Below are positions 22,050-34,821 of a stretch of DNA of 64,000 nt, piece by piece. The first letter of the stretch is position 1. Each line of letters opens with the position of its first letter. The position numbers were made by a program, and so were the translations under genes. The stretch is from Klebsormidium nitens (taxonomy: Eukaryota > Plantae > Klebsormidiophyceae), in contig DF237027.1 of the NCBI GenBank assembly GCA_000708835.1, positions 124,001-188,000 on the forward strand, given 5' to 3'. The notes below the pieces were generated by a model, which was not told the origin of the DNA, did no database searches, and saw only the letters and a list, made by a program, of their open reading frames with translations.

Positions 22050-25000
22050 GCTTAATTGGAGCATCATTCAGCTCGCAGACTAACAAGGGAAGAACGATTA
22101 AAGACTTGTATAAGGCGCCCCTGTTGCGTAAGCTCATCAATGTGACGGGCCACGTTCACACATGGCAGCTTCAGTGGTACACCCTTTTGCATATGTGCTC
22201 TTAATCAAGAGGCCCGCGGGCTGATTGTGGCAATTGCAGAGCTAGGTACTCCGGGACGCAAAGTGTGACTTCTGACTATAGGACCATGGTCCAAGACCCT
22301 AATTTTTCTTACGGTCCTGGGTTTATGTGCATATTAGCTTGCCACGCAGCATATGCTAGCTCGTCCTACAGCAATCGATCTCGTGTGCAATGCAAAAAGG
22401 CTGGCCCTGCCCTGACGGCAACATGCGAAGTTATTCACGATCTGAAGTAGCTGAATGATCGTAACGCAGTACCTGAATGGTCTCAATATGTTCGATCTGG
22501 TCCTGATTGGATCCACTGCAAATAAACGCTTTGAGGAGGTGAGATCGGGCGCCGCCAGCTCTGCAACCAACGGGAGTCACATGCTTTATATCGAACTGCG
22601 GCTCCAATGCTTGATTGAAGGGTGAAAAGATGAAGAGAAAATGCTTCGCGCTGGACACATAATCTTCTAGGCATGCGCTGGGATTCATGTCCGGTGGGCC
22701 AAAAGTATGCAGTGCATCATACAGACAAACAAGTAAGAGAGCGGAACACGTTCCTGTGATCCCTCTTCCGTCCTTACGAAGTGGCCGCCCGCGATTAGAA
22801 ATATGCTGTAGCTGGCTCTAATTGTCACAGCTTTGTCTGGTTTGGCCAGGCGCCTGCAACAATATTTGCAGCTTCCGGATGTGTGGCAATGACTCTGGAA
22901 TCCCTCCAGGCGACAAACTAGGAAAACTCCACAGGACCATCGCCTTGGATGAACAGAGCGTGATGTTAGTGGGCAAGGCTGAGATTACGAGCCCAGTGAA
23001 GCAAAAGGGACAATCTACACTAATATATTAGTGTCTCCGGTCGATCTGTCAGAGTAAATACTCTCACAGGGCGTCAATCTGTGCAGGCATTGGTTGATGG
23101 TCTGACATGTGTCAGAATGATCTGTTTGCTTGGATGCGGGACTCCGGTCCTCCTCGACCGGGCACCGGCATGGTACCGAGCTACTTCCCGGAGACCTCTC
23201 AGTTTTCCCGGTGACATGCCGAGTCACTGCAGTCACAATCACAGTCACTGTCACTGTTTAGGTACCTATCAAAGTGTCCAGTGTCAAGAGTCACAGTATG
23301 AGTCACAATTGGTTTCCGGCAGGTTAAAAGCGCCACAGTTTACGGTCACAATTAAAACTTTAATAATGTTTCAGTCACAGTCGCAGTCACAGTCTACCAC
23401 AGTCACAGTGTCAATCATTAAATCAGAGTTACAATCACAGTCACCGGATAGCCGTATTAGGTAGCTGAAAAAAATCGAACCTGATTGACACTGGAAGGTT
23501 TGCCCGTCGTCCAGCTACCCGGCCGGCGATAACAAGTGCCCGGATGTCCGCTGTGCAGGTGTGGTACCTACCGGCCAGCTTCACAAATCTGTTCATTTAT
23601 GGTCGCGGCACGGGAGGGTGTTAACACTGAAGAAATTTCGGAGACACTAATATAATAGTGTACTTTGTCCTACTTGCCCCAGTGAACGACATGCAGCCCG
23701 TTCCTTTGTATGCTTAGAATATACTCAAAAAGCAAGGGAAACGCGTGCTACTTCTCTACTTCTCTACACTGTCAGACGCCTCCTCGACTTTTTCGTCCTC
23801 GCTTTTCAACTTTTTCGGCTCGACCACGGTCGCGCCTTCCTTCTCTGCGGCAGGGGCAATTTGACGCGCCGCCCCCCCCTCTGTACACTTCCAGTCTCGG
23901 CATGTCCATTCTCCTGCACACCCCCCGTCTGCGCACGGCTCCCCGTCGCTTCGGTGCTTACGGACGCACCACCAAACCCAAAGCTGACGTCACCTCCCCC
24001 GCCCATCATGTCCTCCAGCGTTCTCAGCGTTCGCTTCTTGGGCTGCACGAGCGTCGCTTCCCGGGGGGCTGGGGACGGGGTTATCCTAACCGAGCCCCTC
24101 CCGACCACCCCTAGATTGGTAATTGGGGGCGCGGAGGAGGACGCCGTTAGCTGGGGCGCGTCGAAACTGGAGGACTCGACGGGGGCGGCACCAGTTGCAG
24201 AGGCGGGGCGGTCGGTTTGAAGTGCGGCCAGGTTAGGGTGCTTGGCAAACACGGAGCTCGTCGGCCTGCACAAAAGAGGGCAATTCGTTAAGCGTCTCAA
24301 TAAGTTGCTTTGGGTCAAGGATCTGCTTCAAAACGTTCAAAAGGCTCGCTCCGGAGACTGTCTTTAGGAGTGTCGTGTCCGACGGATCTGCTTCGGAGAG
24401 GCCGGTTTCACGTACAACTCATTTGACTGCAGAATGTCCGTCCCTGCCAGGCAAACGTCTCCGGCGGACCAGACGGATGTGCAGAAAGCGGTCCCTTTCG
24501 AAACCGGAAATCGAACGTGCCGGCGCATGACGCTAACAGCATCTTCTCCTTAACGAAACCAGAGCCGCCTCTGATCCCGTCACGATAGTACTGTGCGCAC
24601 TCTCCAATGGTTCCTGTGACTTACAAATCCTACGTTCCTGTAATTTGCAAAGAGATTATGGTCAGGCATATGCCGAGGTGGGTTGAGCCCCAAACTGGGT
24701 CAAAACATCCGCGGAGACCCGACGGCAATCACCATTAACGCGCTCAAATCGATTCTCCCCGTGGTGATGCCGTTGCAGTCGAATCGCGTCACTCAAATCC
24801 ACGAAGTGAATGCTTTTCTGCCACTAACAATAGTGCCGAAGCTCAAAATGCGAGTTGCAAGCGCCAACAGGGGCCCTTGCATAAAATCCTTTTGAGCGAC
24901 TCTTTCAGGAAAACGAACTCTGCCAATCCCGCGAACATGGACCTCAGTTGCAGACAGCGGGATTCTATTTTCCTGAGATAATAGCTAGGCCCCAACCAGA

Positions 25001-25740
25001 TCTGCCAGTCCGCTCGTTTTCAAGGCTTAGAAACGGAACCATTTTGTATTCATCAGAGCCGTACTCGTCTCAATCACTCCCTGCTTCCGTTTGATTCCCT
25101 TCTTCTCGTTCTCACTGCTTGGGGATGGAAACGAAACCTCAAGAACATCCCAACAGGGAGACGGACGATCCAAAGGAGCTTGCTTATGTTAGAAGTATTT
25201 GCGCACTGCCACTCGGGCCACACTGGCGCCAGTGTGGCCCGAGTGGCAGTGCGCAAATACTTCTAACAGCTTATGCCCCCCTCACCTTCTCCCGCATGTC
25301 GACCAGCAGCGCCTCGATCTCCCAGTCCCCTTCTTCGCCCTATCGGGGCTTCCTCCTTCGGCCCCCTTCTCTGCCGCCTTCTCTCCTCCCTCCACTTCCT
25401 TCTCCTTCTCCGGCGCTTTTCCCTCCCCTTCTAGTTCCTTTCCCTTGCCCGCAGGCTCCGCTTGCAGACTCCCTTTCAGCCTCTCTAGCCTCCTCTCACA
25501 CGTGGCGTTGCGCTGTTGATGTATTCAATGGCAGGGCCAGGCTGCTGCCATAGTTGGTATGCCAGGCACGGCTTGAAGCACCTGGGGAAGACAGGATAAC
25601 TAACGGATTAGCAGGCATGACCTAGGGGTTAGTAACGTTCTGGCCTCTATAGCAATGGCTCGATTGATGATTCGATGGCGGGGCCAGACTGCTGCCATAA
25701 TTGTTATGCCAGGCACGTCTTGAAGCACCTGGGAGCTTTA
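22050..25740 (-). pseudogene. Degenerate tandem duplicate of the 3' part of NASP (last two exons, the intervening intron and the downstream region), paralogous to ~26190-29870
   Basis: Colinear matches: 22060/26200, 22670/27555, 23690/27890, 23800-24270/28000-28470, 24370/28570, 25280-25585/29402-29700. A 2-nt deletion after GCCGACGAGCTCCGTG and deletions in the penultimate exon copy break the frame. Confidence 0.88.
23001..23677. mobile_element. Non-autonomous Mutator-like (MULE) element/MITE, 677 bp, ~39-bp TIRs, 9-bp TSD CCCAGTGAA
   Basis: Left TIR core ggacaatctacactaatatattagtgtctccg versus reverse complement of the right end ggacaaagtacactattatattagtgtctccg. CCCAGTGAA at 22992-23000 and 23678-23686. 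The paralogous site has a single CCCAGTGAA at 27879-27887. Interior has low-complexity (CAGTCA)-like repeats. Confidence 0.9.
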
Positions 25741-26660
25741 TTGCAACTAGGAAAGGTTTGACAGTCAAGCTTGCGCAGTAGTCCTGTAATGGCGGCAAAT
25801 GACTTGCTTTTCAATGTTACTCATCTTCACAACGAATGATGGAATTCCGGTTTAGCAATCGTGGGACCATGCTGATGTTCAACCCACCGAGCTTTTTGCT
25901 GTGGTCAACTCTATATACCTCAAGAGCAAAACATGCTGGTATTATGTATACCACTTTCTATTCAGATGCAGGGCCAACGGCCGCGCGCGGCCATCGCTGA
26001 AAACGGAATGTTGTGATGGATGACGTTGTGCCGTGAACTGACCTTTGTAGTACTCAAAAGAGGATCGGAAACAAATTCTAGTACACCGTCACCACCAGAG
26101 GACAGCGTTGGTTCGCATATTAACATTTGTATATTGCCATCTGTAACAGTCACTTGAAAGCCACAACGGCCCAAGTAGACTCGGAAGAAGACTCTGGAAC
26201 ATCATTCAGCTCGCAAACTAACAAGTGAAGAACGATTTGCGACTCGTGTCGAGCGCCCCTGGTGCGTAAGCTCAATAACATGACGGGCCACGCGTACATG
26301 TATGCTTCCGTGACTCAGTGAACGGGCTAGCTCGCCGGATGATCATAGCGATTGCAAAGGGATGCAGACGACTAGCTGGGGATTGTGCAAAGTGTGACGC
26401 GTCCATATGCCAACACCCTTCCTACTCATGTACTAACTGGGTTCAATCACATGTGCATATGAGCTCAGTCATGCCATGATGCATACGAGCAATCATTCTC
26501 TTGCAAAAGGCCCTGCCCCATGATTGCATGATTTGGAATGTTATATACGATCTGAAGCTGAGTGATCTGAACGCAGTCCGGTCTGCGTGCATGATCTCAA
26601 AAATCTGATCAAATTGGTCCCGAATGGATCCACTGCCAGCTCTGCAACCAAAGGTCACAC

Positions 26661-26972
26661 TTGATCGACCAGCTCGAGGCGGACTATCCGGGTATGGTGG
26701 TCCGTGCAATTGAGGTTGAGGGCCCTCAATACGACAAGTTGGCCATCCTTGGCGAACTCACGAAGCCCGGATCTGGTGCCAAGTATGCCCACATCCGAAA
26801 CGTCTACACGCCGGCGGACGGGCTTCGAGTGCTCAAGCTCCTTGCATCCAGCTTGGCCGGAGTCACCACCTCTAAGTCGCCAGATTCCGAAAGCACTTCT
26901 ACAGCCGTCAGTTACACGCCATTCAGGTATGAAGAAGATCCTCAGCTCGGCTCAGAAGAAATGACGTGCTAG
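26661..26972 (+). pseudogene. Orphan coding-like fragment, possibly the C-terminal end of a von Willebrand A-type domain
   Basis: Exon-like codon usage and the pattern LAILGELTKPGSGAKYAHIRN...LKLLASSL. Found only in one copy of the local duplication. No clear start or splice sites. The domain call is weak. Confidence 0.3.
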
Positions 26973-27956
26973 GTTGTGCAGTGGTTTCGTTGGTTTTAAC
27001 CTTGCAGTGAGACGAAGGCTTTGCAGCTGCTGTTGCAACCCATTCTGCGTGTCACATGCCTAATCTTAAGCAAACCTCTGTCTGCGGTAGCTCTGCTGGG
27101 CAAAGCTTGTGGGAGTCACAGAACACGTTTCTCGGGACTTAGCCAAAGTAGAGCTTAGGTTTGCAAGTTAAACAAATAGCAGAAGGAAAGGACTCAAAAC
27201 TAACTACAGTGTACGTAGTCAGTTAGCAGGACCTTTCATTGAATTGGATGCCGCTTTGAGGTAACATATTAGCGTCCATTTCTGCTTCTTGGCATGTGGA
27301 TTATTCATGATTCTCATGGTATATGATAATCACCATGCCCTTCATCTGAGAGCTATTTCGTAATGAAGCATGGAAGACGGAACAAGTGTCTGACTTGTTC
27401 TTCAGACAGAATCATTCTTGCTATCTTGGGGACCGCAAATGGTGAGAATGCTTCCGGCTCTGCCATTCGTATTAACCGGGCCACGGCTCTAATGCTTGAT
27501 CGAAGTCTAAACGACGAAGAGCAAAGTATTTGCGCTGGATCGCACAATATGCTTTAGGCATGCGCTGGGGGTTCGTGTCCGGTGGGCCAAGCTTATGCAG
27601 CGCGTCATGCAGACAAACAAGCGGGAGATCGGAAAACGTTACCATATTCCCCTTCTTCCGTCCTTACGAAGTGGACGAGGTCTAGATATGCTGTAGATAG
27701 CTCTGATTGTCACCACTGTGTCTGTTCTTGCGAGGCTGGCGACAGCTTTTTGCAGCTTGCGGATGTGGTGGCAATGGGTCTGGAAACCCTCCAGGGAACA
27801 ACTCAGGAAATACGCATAGGACCATCGCCTTGAATGCACAGATTGTTACATGGAGAAGAGCAAGGCTGAAATTGCGAGCCCAGTGAACGACATGCAGCCC
27901 GTTCCTTCGTATGCTTGGAATATACTCAAAAAGCAAGGAAAGCGCGTGCTACTTCT

Positions 27957-30900
27957 CTACTTCTTTACACTATGAGACGCCTCATCGACCTTTGTCTCCT
28001 CGCTTTTCAACTTTTTGGGCTCGACCACGGCCGCACCTTCCTTCTCTGCGGCTGGCGCAACCTGACGCGCCGGCTCCCCACTCTGTACATTTCCAGTCTC
28101 GGCGTGTCCATTCTCCTGCACGCCCCCCGGCTGCGCGCGGCTCCCCGTCGCTTCCGCGCCAGCGGACGCGCCCCCGAACCCGAAGCTGACGTCACCCCCC
28201 CCGCCCATCATGTCCTCCAGCGTTCGCTTCTTGGGCTGCACGAGCGTCGCTTCCCGGGGGGCTGGGGACGGGGTTATCCTAACCGAGCCTCGGCCGACCA
28301 CCCCTAGATTGGTTATGGGGGGCGCGGATGAGGACGCGGTTAGCTGGGGCGCGTCAAAACTGGAGGACTCGACAGGGGTGGCACCAGTTGCGGGGGCGGG
28401 GCGGTCGGTTTGGAGTGCGGCCAGGTTAGGGTGCTTAGCGAACTCACGGAGCTCGTCGGCCTGCACAAAAGTGGGTTCCCAATCCGTTTAGCATCTCGAT
28501 ACGTTGCTTTGATTCGAGAAGCTGCTTCGATAGTTCGGTCTAGCTTGCTTCGGAGGCTGTCTTTGAGAGTGTTGTGTACGACGGATCTGCTTCGGAGAGG
28601 CCTGTTTATTGTGCGGTACAACTTTTTCGATCTGCAGAAGGTCCCTCGCCCCAGATGAAAGTGTCCGGCGGACCAGACCGATGTGCAGAAAGCGCTTCCT
28701 TTTGAAACGGGAAATCGAACTTGCCGACGCACGATTGCCGCGGCCTCTTCACTTACACTAGTCCAAAGCCGCATCTGGTCCAGGCGTCACGAAACGACTC
28801 AAGCGCACTGTCGGAACGCTCAACTGATTATCAAAGAGTCCATGGCCAAGCAGATGCTAGAAATGCTTGTAGCCCCAAACGCGGTCAAGCATACTGGGAG
28901 ACCCGACGCCAAGCATCAATAGCGCCCCCCAAACTGATACTGACAGTGGTGATGTTGTTGCATGCCGGATCGCGTCTTTTCAACTCGACGACGTAGATGC
29001 CTTCTTGATCTTCACAAGAGAGTGCCGAAGCTCGAAACGCGAGTTGCAAGCGCCGACAGGGGCCCTTGCGTAAAATCTTCGGGGCGACTCTTTCAGAGAG
29101 ACGAGTTCTGCCAATCCCGCGAGTAGAACTTTAATTGCAGACAGTGCAACTCTTATCTTCTTGAGATAACGGCTATGCCCGCTGGATTGAAGCCCCTCCC
29201 GATCTGCCAGTCCGCTCGTTTCCAATGCGTCGGAAAGGGCTCCTTTAAACCTCACTTGCCTCACGTGTCCTTTCCTTCCTTTAATTTCAATCTCCCCACT
29301 CTCACGCCCTAGGCGAAAATCAGAGGTGAAAATCATTCACAAGGACGTCATGACAGAAAAGGGTTACAAAGGTTGAATGCATTCTATTCAAACGCCCTTA
29401 CCTTCTCCCGCATGTCGACTAGCAGCGCCTCGATCTCTCCAATCTCCTTCCTCGCCCTCTCGGGGTCTCCTCCCTCGGCCCCCTTCTCTGCCGCCTTCTC
29501 TCCTCCCTCCGCTTCCTTCTCCTCCTCCGGCGCTTTTTCCGCTCCTTCTAGTTCCTTTCCCTTGCCCGCAGGCTCCACTTGCAGACTCCCTTTCAGCCTC
29601 TCTAGCCGCTTCTCACATGTGGCAATCGCGCGGTTGATGTATTCGATGGCAGGGCCGGGCTGCTGCCATAGTTGGTACGCCAGGCACGTCTTGAAGCACC
29701 TGAGGGAGATGATGATAACCAGCGGGTTAGCAAGCATGTTCTAGGGGTTAGCAACAAGTCAACCTCTCTGTCTCACACGTAGCAATTGCTTGGTTGATGT
29801 ATTTGATGGCGGGGCGGGGCTGCTGCCATAGTTGGTAAGCCAGGCATGTCTTGAAGCACCTGGGGGGGACAAGATAACCAACGGGTTATCAGGCAAGACC
29901 TAGGATTATCGATCTTGAGACTGTGGGGACTTGAAGCACAGTTGGTTCAGGACACAGGTTGAAAATTGATGATTCGGCAACGCGCGTTTGCATCTTCACT
30001 AAGTCGAAACAGGGATCGCAATATTTTACGATGTTTCAGATGGAAGCGCAGCGATCCGACTCCACATGAACGACTCCAGTCGGGAAAGTATGGCTGGAGG
30101 TCCGACCTGAGAGAGTAGGTGCTAACATCTGGTGGTAGACCAGGCCAGCCTATGTAAAACGATCGAAGCATCCATTTTTCCTGTCAAGGAAACAGTGAAC
30201 TCGGTGCAACTCTGGCCCGTTCTCCAGCCAGCTCTGCTTCTGCAGCCTGCCTGTGCGGAGAGGGTCTATGTTCCGAAGGAGAAGCTGTTACCAACAACGG
30301 GAGGGTTTGCACCAGGAAAATCGAAGCTTTTTGTTGGACAAAGCGTATCACTTACACTTCGGCCAGCATCCTGTCGTCGTTCTGCAGCAGCTCTTCCAGG
30401 ATGCTCAGCGCCTGCCCATAGTCCTTCACCGCCGTTTCAAAGTCCTCTGCGCAAGTCCACAAGACTTTGTTATCGAATCGAGCAACCTCGGGCGTAATAG
30501 AGATGACTTCCATCCAAACTCTTTCGCAGGTCCCTGACATTCCGAATATCTCATCATGTGCCAGAATAGGTTCGACAGCAGTGAGCGATAAGAAGTGATT
30601 GGCGGCAGGGGCAATCTTCAGACGGCTCTTACAGCGCACTTGTTTCACGTGTAATGGATGCACTAGGAATCGCACCATCCGCCTCCTTGAGTGCCAATGA
30701 AGTCAAATGTACAGTAGTCCCAAAACAAAAGCTTGACTCTCAAGGTGGTCTTAGAGGATCTCAAACCGAAGTCAGATCTCTATGCAGAAGGGTGGTTTCC
30801 CTTTTTGGCACGCTTGATTCACAAACAAGTCTGTGACACACGAGCAAAGGAAACTCATACCTCTCTCCGTGCTGATGTCAGCGAGCGTGGTGATGACGTC

Positions 30901-32671
30901 AGCCTCTTCCACCGTGTGCCCCGGCTGCTTCTCGTGGATCAGCCGCGCAGTCTCGAGCATCTTCCATGCAAGCTCCATATCGGACTCTTCTTCTTCGCCG
31001 CCCTCCCCTTCTGCTTCCTCCTCTTCATCTTCCTCCGTGTGTGCCTTGCCCTCTGAACAAAGAGAGTGAAAAAGTCAGTTGCGGTTTTCTGTATCAAGTG
31101 GAAAGCACTGTGAAGAGAAGCATGAGAGATGCCACTTCCCGCTTCTCAGTAGATGCTGCAGGATGGGGCCACACATGGATGATGCAGAAGCAAAAAAAGA
31201 GTTTGTCTTCTTGAGTGTAAACACTAGTTCGAGCGACTCAGGCACCGAATCGGGCAGACAATTTGGTTACCACCGCCTTCCAAAAAGAGTCAAGCAATGC
31301 TTGCCAAATGCTATATTCAACTGCTGTTCATTCGGTGTTCCATGATGTTGTCAAATCTAGGATGTCAGGAGGTTCTGTACTTCTTCTTCCATGAACTTTC
31401 TTCTACAGCCAGAATGAGGGGTCACTGGCTTACTTCCAGAGGGATCCGCCTTCTCCGCCGCCTGCTGCTTGATCTTGGTCATCGGCTCCCCCAGAACGTC
31501 TGTCTCCTGCTGCGCCTTCCAGAACAGTGCACACCCGTACTTGTAGTAGGCGGTCGCACATTCAGGGGCCAACTCTCCAAAGTGGTCCACCCTGGACAGT
31601 TAGCAGTGGCTTTCAGTTGTTCGTATTTGCATGATTGCAGTTTTGGGCCAAGTCGAAACACTCTGATGTCAGTGGTGGAGAAGTAAAGATTTTGAAGCCC
31701 TTTTCTGTGGTCCATATTTGCCCTGTCTTCCGCTGCAGTGAGCCTTACAAGTTGAGGTGCAGGTGAGCTGCGGTTTAGGGGGCTGCCTCGATACCCCGGG
31801 CATCAAGTGCACTTCTTTTTAATCCTCGAAATGTCCAAATTTTGCCAATCAACTTGTCAACAAAGACTGCTTGCCACCATCAAATTTTGTCAAAAGCAAG
31901 CTGCAGCGAACTCTCAAAGATCAAACTCCGGAAGTACCAGCACTTCTATGCAGTGTCTGTCAAGCGACTAACGACTTCTGCTGAGCACTGCAAATCAAGA
32001 ACCCTAAAACCGGGCTGACAATTCGCCTGGTGTGTTTACTTGCAAGACGCACCTCTTGATACCATTGTTGAACGTGTTTCTCAGAGAACGCCACCGCCCA
32101 AAGTATCCAAAGTCAGAACCTTAGAAGTTAGGCGCAAAGGGTGCATAACACGATGGTTGGCAGGAATCCCTTCCAGACAACCGCTGTAAGTGGTGCCCAC
32201 GGACTTGATCAATTCATCCTGGACCAGAACCCTAATCTCGATTCTCGCCGAGGTCTGTGAGACAACAAATGCAGCGAGCAGGGCATAGGGTTCATGTGGG
32301 CCTTCAATACCTGATACCTGCAAGTGTGTGATAATTTGGCCCGTCCTCAGGACATGCAACATAACCCGAAAGTATGCTGACATCATTGTCTCCAACTGCT
32401 TTACATACTTCTGAAAAAAAATTGGTACCGAGAAAAACGTGATCTCTACCAAGAGAGCAATGTAAAGAGAATGTTAACAAGGTGCTCCAAGCAAGCCATT
32501 CACTGAGCAGACTTACCTTAAGCTCAGCGCCTCTCCGAGTAGCTCAATCGCTGCATCCAAGTCATCCTGCTGCGCACAGGCCCATCCTTCTGTAAGCTTC
32601 TCCTCAGCATCTTCCAAAGCTGCCAGTTCTTCCAGAGGTGCTATCTCTGCCTGCGCGCTTGAGCTTGCCAT
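27957..32671 (-). CDS. NASP: NASP/Tim3 histone H3-H4 chaperone (SHNi-TPR), 465 aa. Exons 32671-32517, 31591-31434, 31052-30861, 30446-30356, 29699-29402, 28460-27957
   Basis: FGELAPECATAYYKYGCALFWKAQQETDVLG, acidic tract, ESDMELAWKMLETARLI, ADVITTLADISTEREDFETAVKDY and the plant-type C-terminal TNLGVVGRG motif. Six phase-compatible exons total 1398 nt. Confidence 0.95.
29700..29945 (-). repeat. Degenerate copies of acceptor + 5' part of NASP exon 29699 inside the upstream intron
   Basis: 'gctgccatagttggta..ccaggca.gtcttgaagcacctg' at 29661-29702 (real) and again 160 bp away (29821-29862). Remnant 'ttgaagcaca' at 29931. Confidence 0.85.
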
Positions 32672-32830
32672 ACTCGCTTTCTGCAAGAGCTTTCTGAAGA
32701 GAAATCTGCGCCAATCCAGCTCGCGGCCCCCTAGCGTGGCTTCACAAATTAAACCCCGGCTGTTTATCTGGCGCCTGAAAAGGAAGGCCAGCACCAGAGG
32801 TTGGGCTGCAGAGTCAGTTTGCTATCTTTC

Positions 32831-32923
32831 TTTCGCGCCTGCAAGCTCCCTCAGCCTGCAATGGGATACAAGTTAGCTCTTTAGGCAGTCTGATCTGGTC
32901 GGCAGTCAAGTTCGCGCGCCAAA
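32831..32923. promoter_or_regulatory. Two E2F consensus sites upstream of the NASP start codon
   Basis: TTTCGCGC at 32831-32838 and TTCGCGCGCCAAA at 32911-32923 (TTTGGCGC on the minus strand), 160-250 bp upstream of the ATG. This fits an S-phase histone chaperone. Confidence 0.45.
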
Positions 32924-34821
32924 TTCAAGCGTCAAAACACCTGTGGTTTCAATCGACGGTCAGAGGGTCACCCTGGAAAGCTTTCACCACAATCCAGCGG
33001 CTGATGCAAAACCCTCACAGAGGACGTCACCGCGGGCGGCCGCGGACCGGTGGGTAACGCGCACTGCCACGGCCGCATGAGTCCTGACGTCTCCACGATA
33101 TAATGGGGCATCCTGCTTAGTGCTCTGATGCTACTCTTGGTTGCTAGCAGAAAGGCGCGAATTGGGGCCGTACATGTTCTCTAGACAGTGACAGTGAGGG
33201 CCTGGAAAGGACCCGGAAACAACGGAACTTGAAGAGCTCCTATTATGTATTTCTGCCCGGCCCCTGAGCATTGCTTTGCATCAGTCAATGCGGCAGAGAG
33301 CAGATTTTGAGAAGGGGCGATTGAACACTGGGCGATTCAATCCTTTGAATCCGCAAATCCGCGCTGAGTCAGCATGGCGGCGGCGGGTGCGTTGGTGAAC
33401 GCCCAATTAACCTTGGCAAGGTTATTAAGTAACCAGCGCATCCGAGCAGGACATGCGAGTCGGGGGAGTCGAAAGCTGGCGCTTACTGGTACGTCTTGAG
33501 AGTTTCATGTCTTAACTTCTGCATCTATGTACAGCGACTATTCTAAGATCAACCGAAGAGAGGAAGAGAGATATGTGAGCACAGTTAAAGACTAGTGATT
33601 TGCACTTGGGGAGTACGAGATTCCGAAAAGACAAAGAACATGCACAAATCTTGATCAAGAACCTCATTGCATGAAGGGCCGCGTAATTGGCTGAAGAGGG
33701 GTTTCGGCAACAGAGAAGATGGAGTTTAAGGCGTGGACAGCCTGATCTGTTACGAGATATATATCCTCCCATCGCTTCAGATGCCATTGCGGCAAGTTGA
33801 CGTCACGGCGTTGTTGTCACGCAGGAAGTTTGCGCAAGTACATTTTGAACGACAGAGTATCTTTTGATTGACCTATGCTGAAATAATGTTCATGAAGTCT
33901 GGTGTTGGGACAGGCTTGAGAAATATACTTCGCTGAGAGCTGATACACAGGCTTGAATCGTGGATCTGGTGAAAAGCTCTTTGGTGCAAACTCTCCCAAT
34001 GTCACCTCAGCATAGAGTATCCTGATTCCTGTGAAGATTTTCGTTGGCAATGGTGGCATCGCACCCATCCAGGCTTGATCAAAAGAAGCGATATAAAAGT
34101 GAAAGATATCGCTTTTATATGGTTCAGTGAGTGCACCGATCTTTGCTGAGGCTTGACCAAACGAGCTGGCAACCACAAATCGCAGTCAGAGTACTTTCTT
34201 TGCGATACATAGTCCAAGCGAGCCCATTCAAGCACGGAGCCTCGTGTGCCTACAATCAGGTCTCCTTCATCAATCTAGGCCCAGTCTAGCTTCTCTGGAA
34301 ATCTAGTCTCACTTGTAAATGATGAGGATGTAACTCCTGCGTACTTCTAGAAAGCCAGCATGAAACCGTAAAATCTTGTTGTCCAGGTCGACATGTGGCT
34401 GTCCCTTTTGGAACACAGCGCCTGCAACGAAGATCGTCTGTTCGACAGCTTCAGATACGGGCAGAAGTCGTTGAGAAACAGGAAGAACAAGGGGAGGCTT
34501 CCAGTCAAAAGGTGCGTTTCTTTCCTTTCCACTAAGCAACATGAGCTAGTCGTAATCTTCTCTATCTTCTACGTTGAAAGTGTTCTGAGGTTCTGGTTGT
34601 TCTCGGCTTCAGAAGTACCAATCTATTTCCTAGCTTATTCTTCGCATAGGGTAGAAGGGATTCGGGTGTCAAGTTTGTGTCTCTTGAGACGCGCGTTTCA
34701 ATGCTCGGAGCTGAACAAGCATTTGGTGTTATATCTGAACTACGCCAATGTATCAGATCAAGCACGCCAGAACAAAGCAAAGCTGAATTTTTGCATGAGA
34801 AGAAACACAGACCATCTGCAG

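Noticed and set aside
33800-34550. AT-richer minus-strand frames that might be a decayed viral or transposon gene
   Set aside because: No recognisable motif, so a call cannot be supported.
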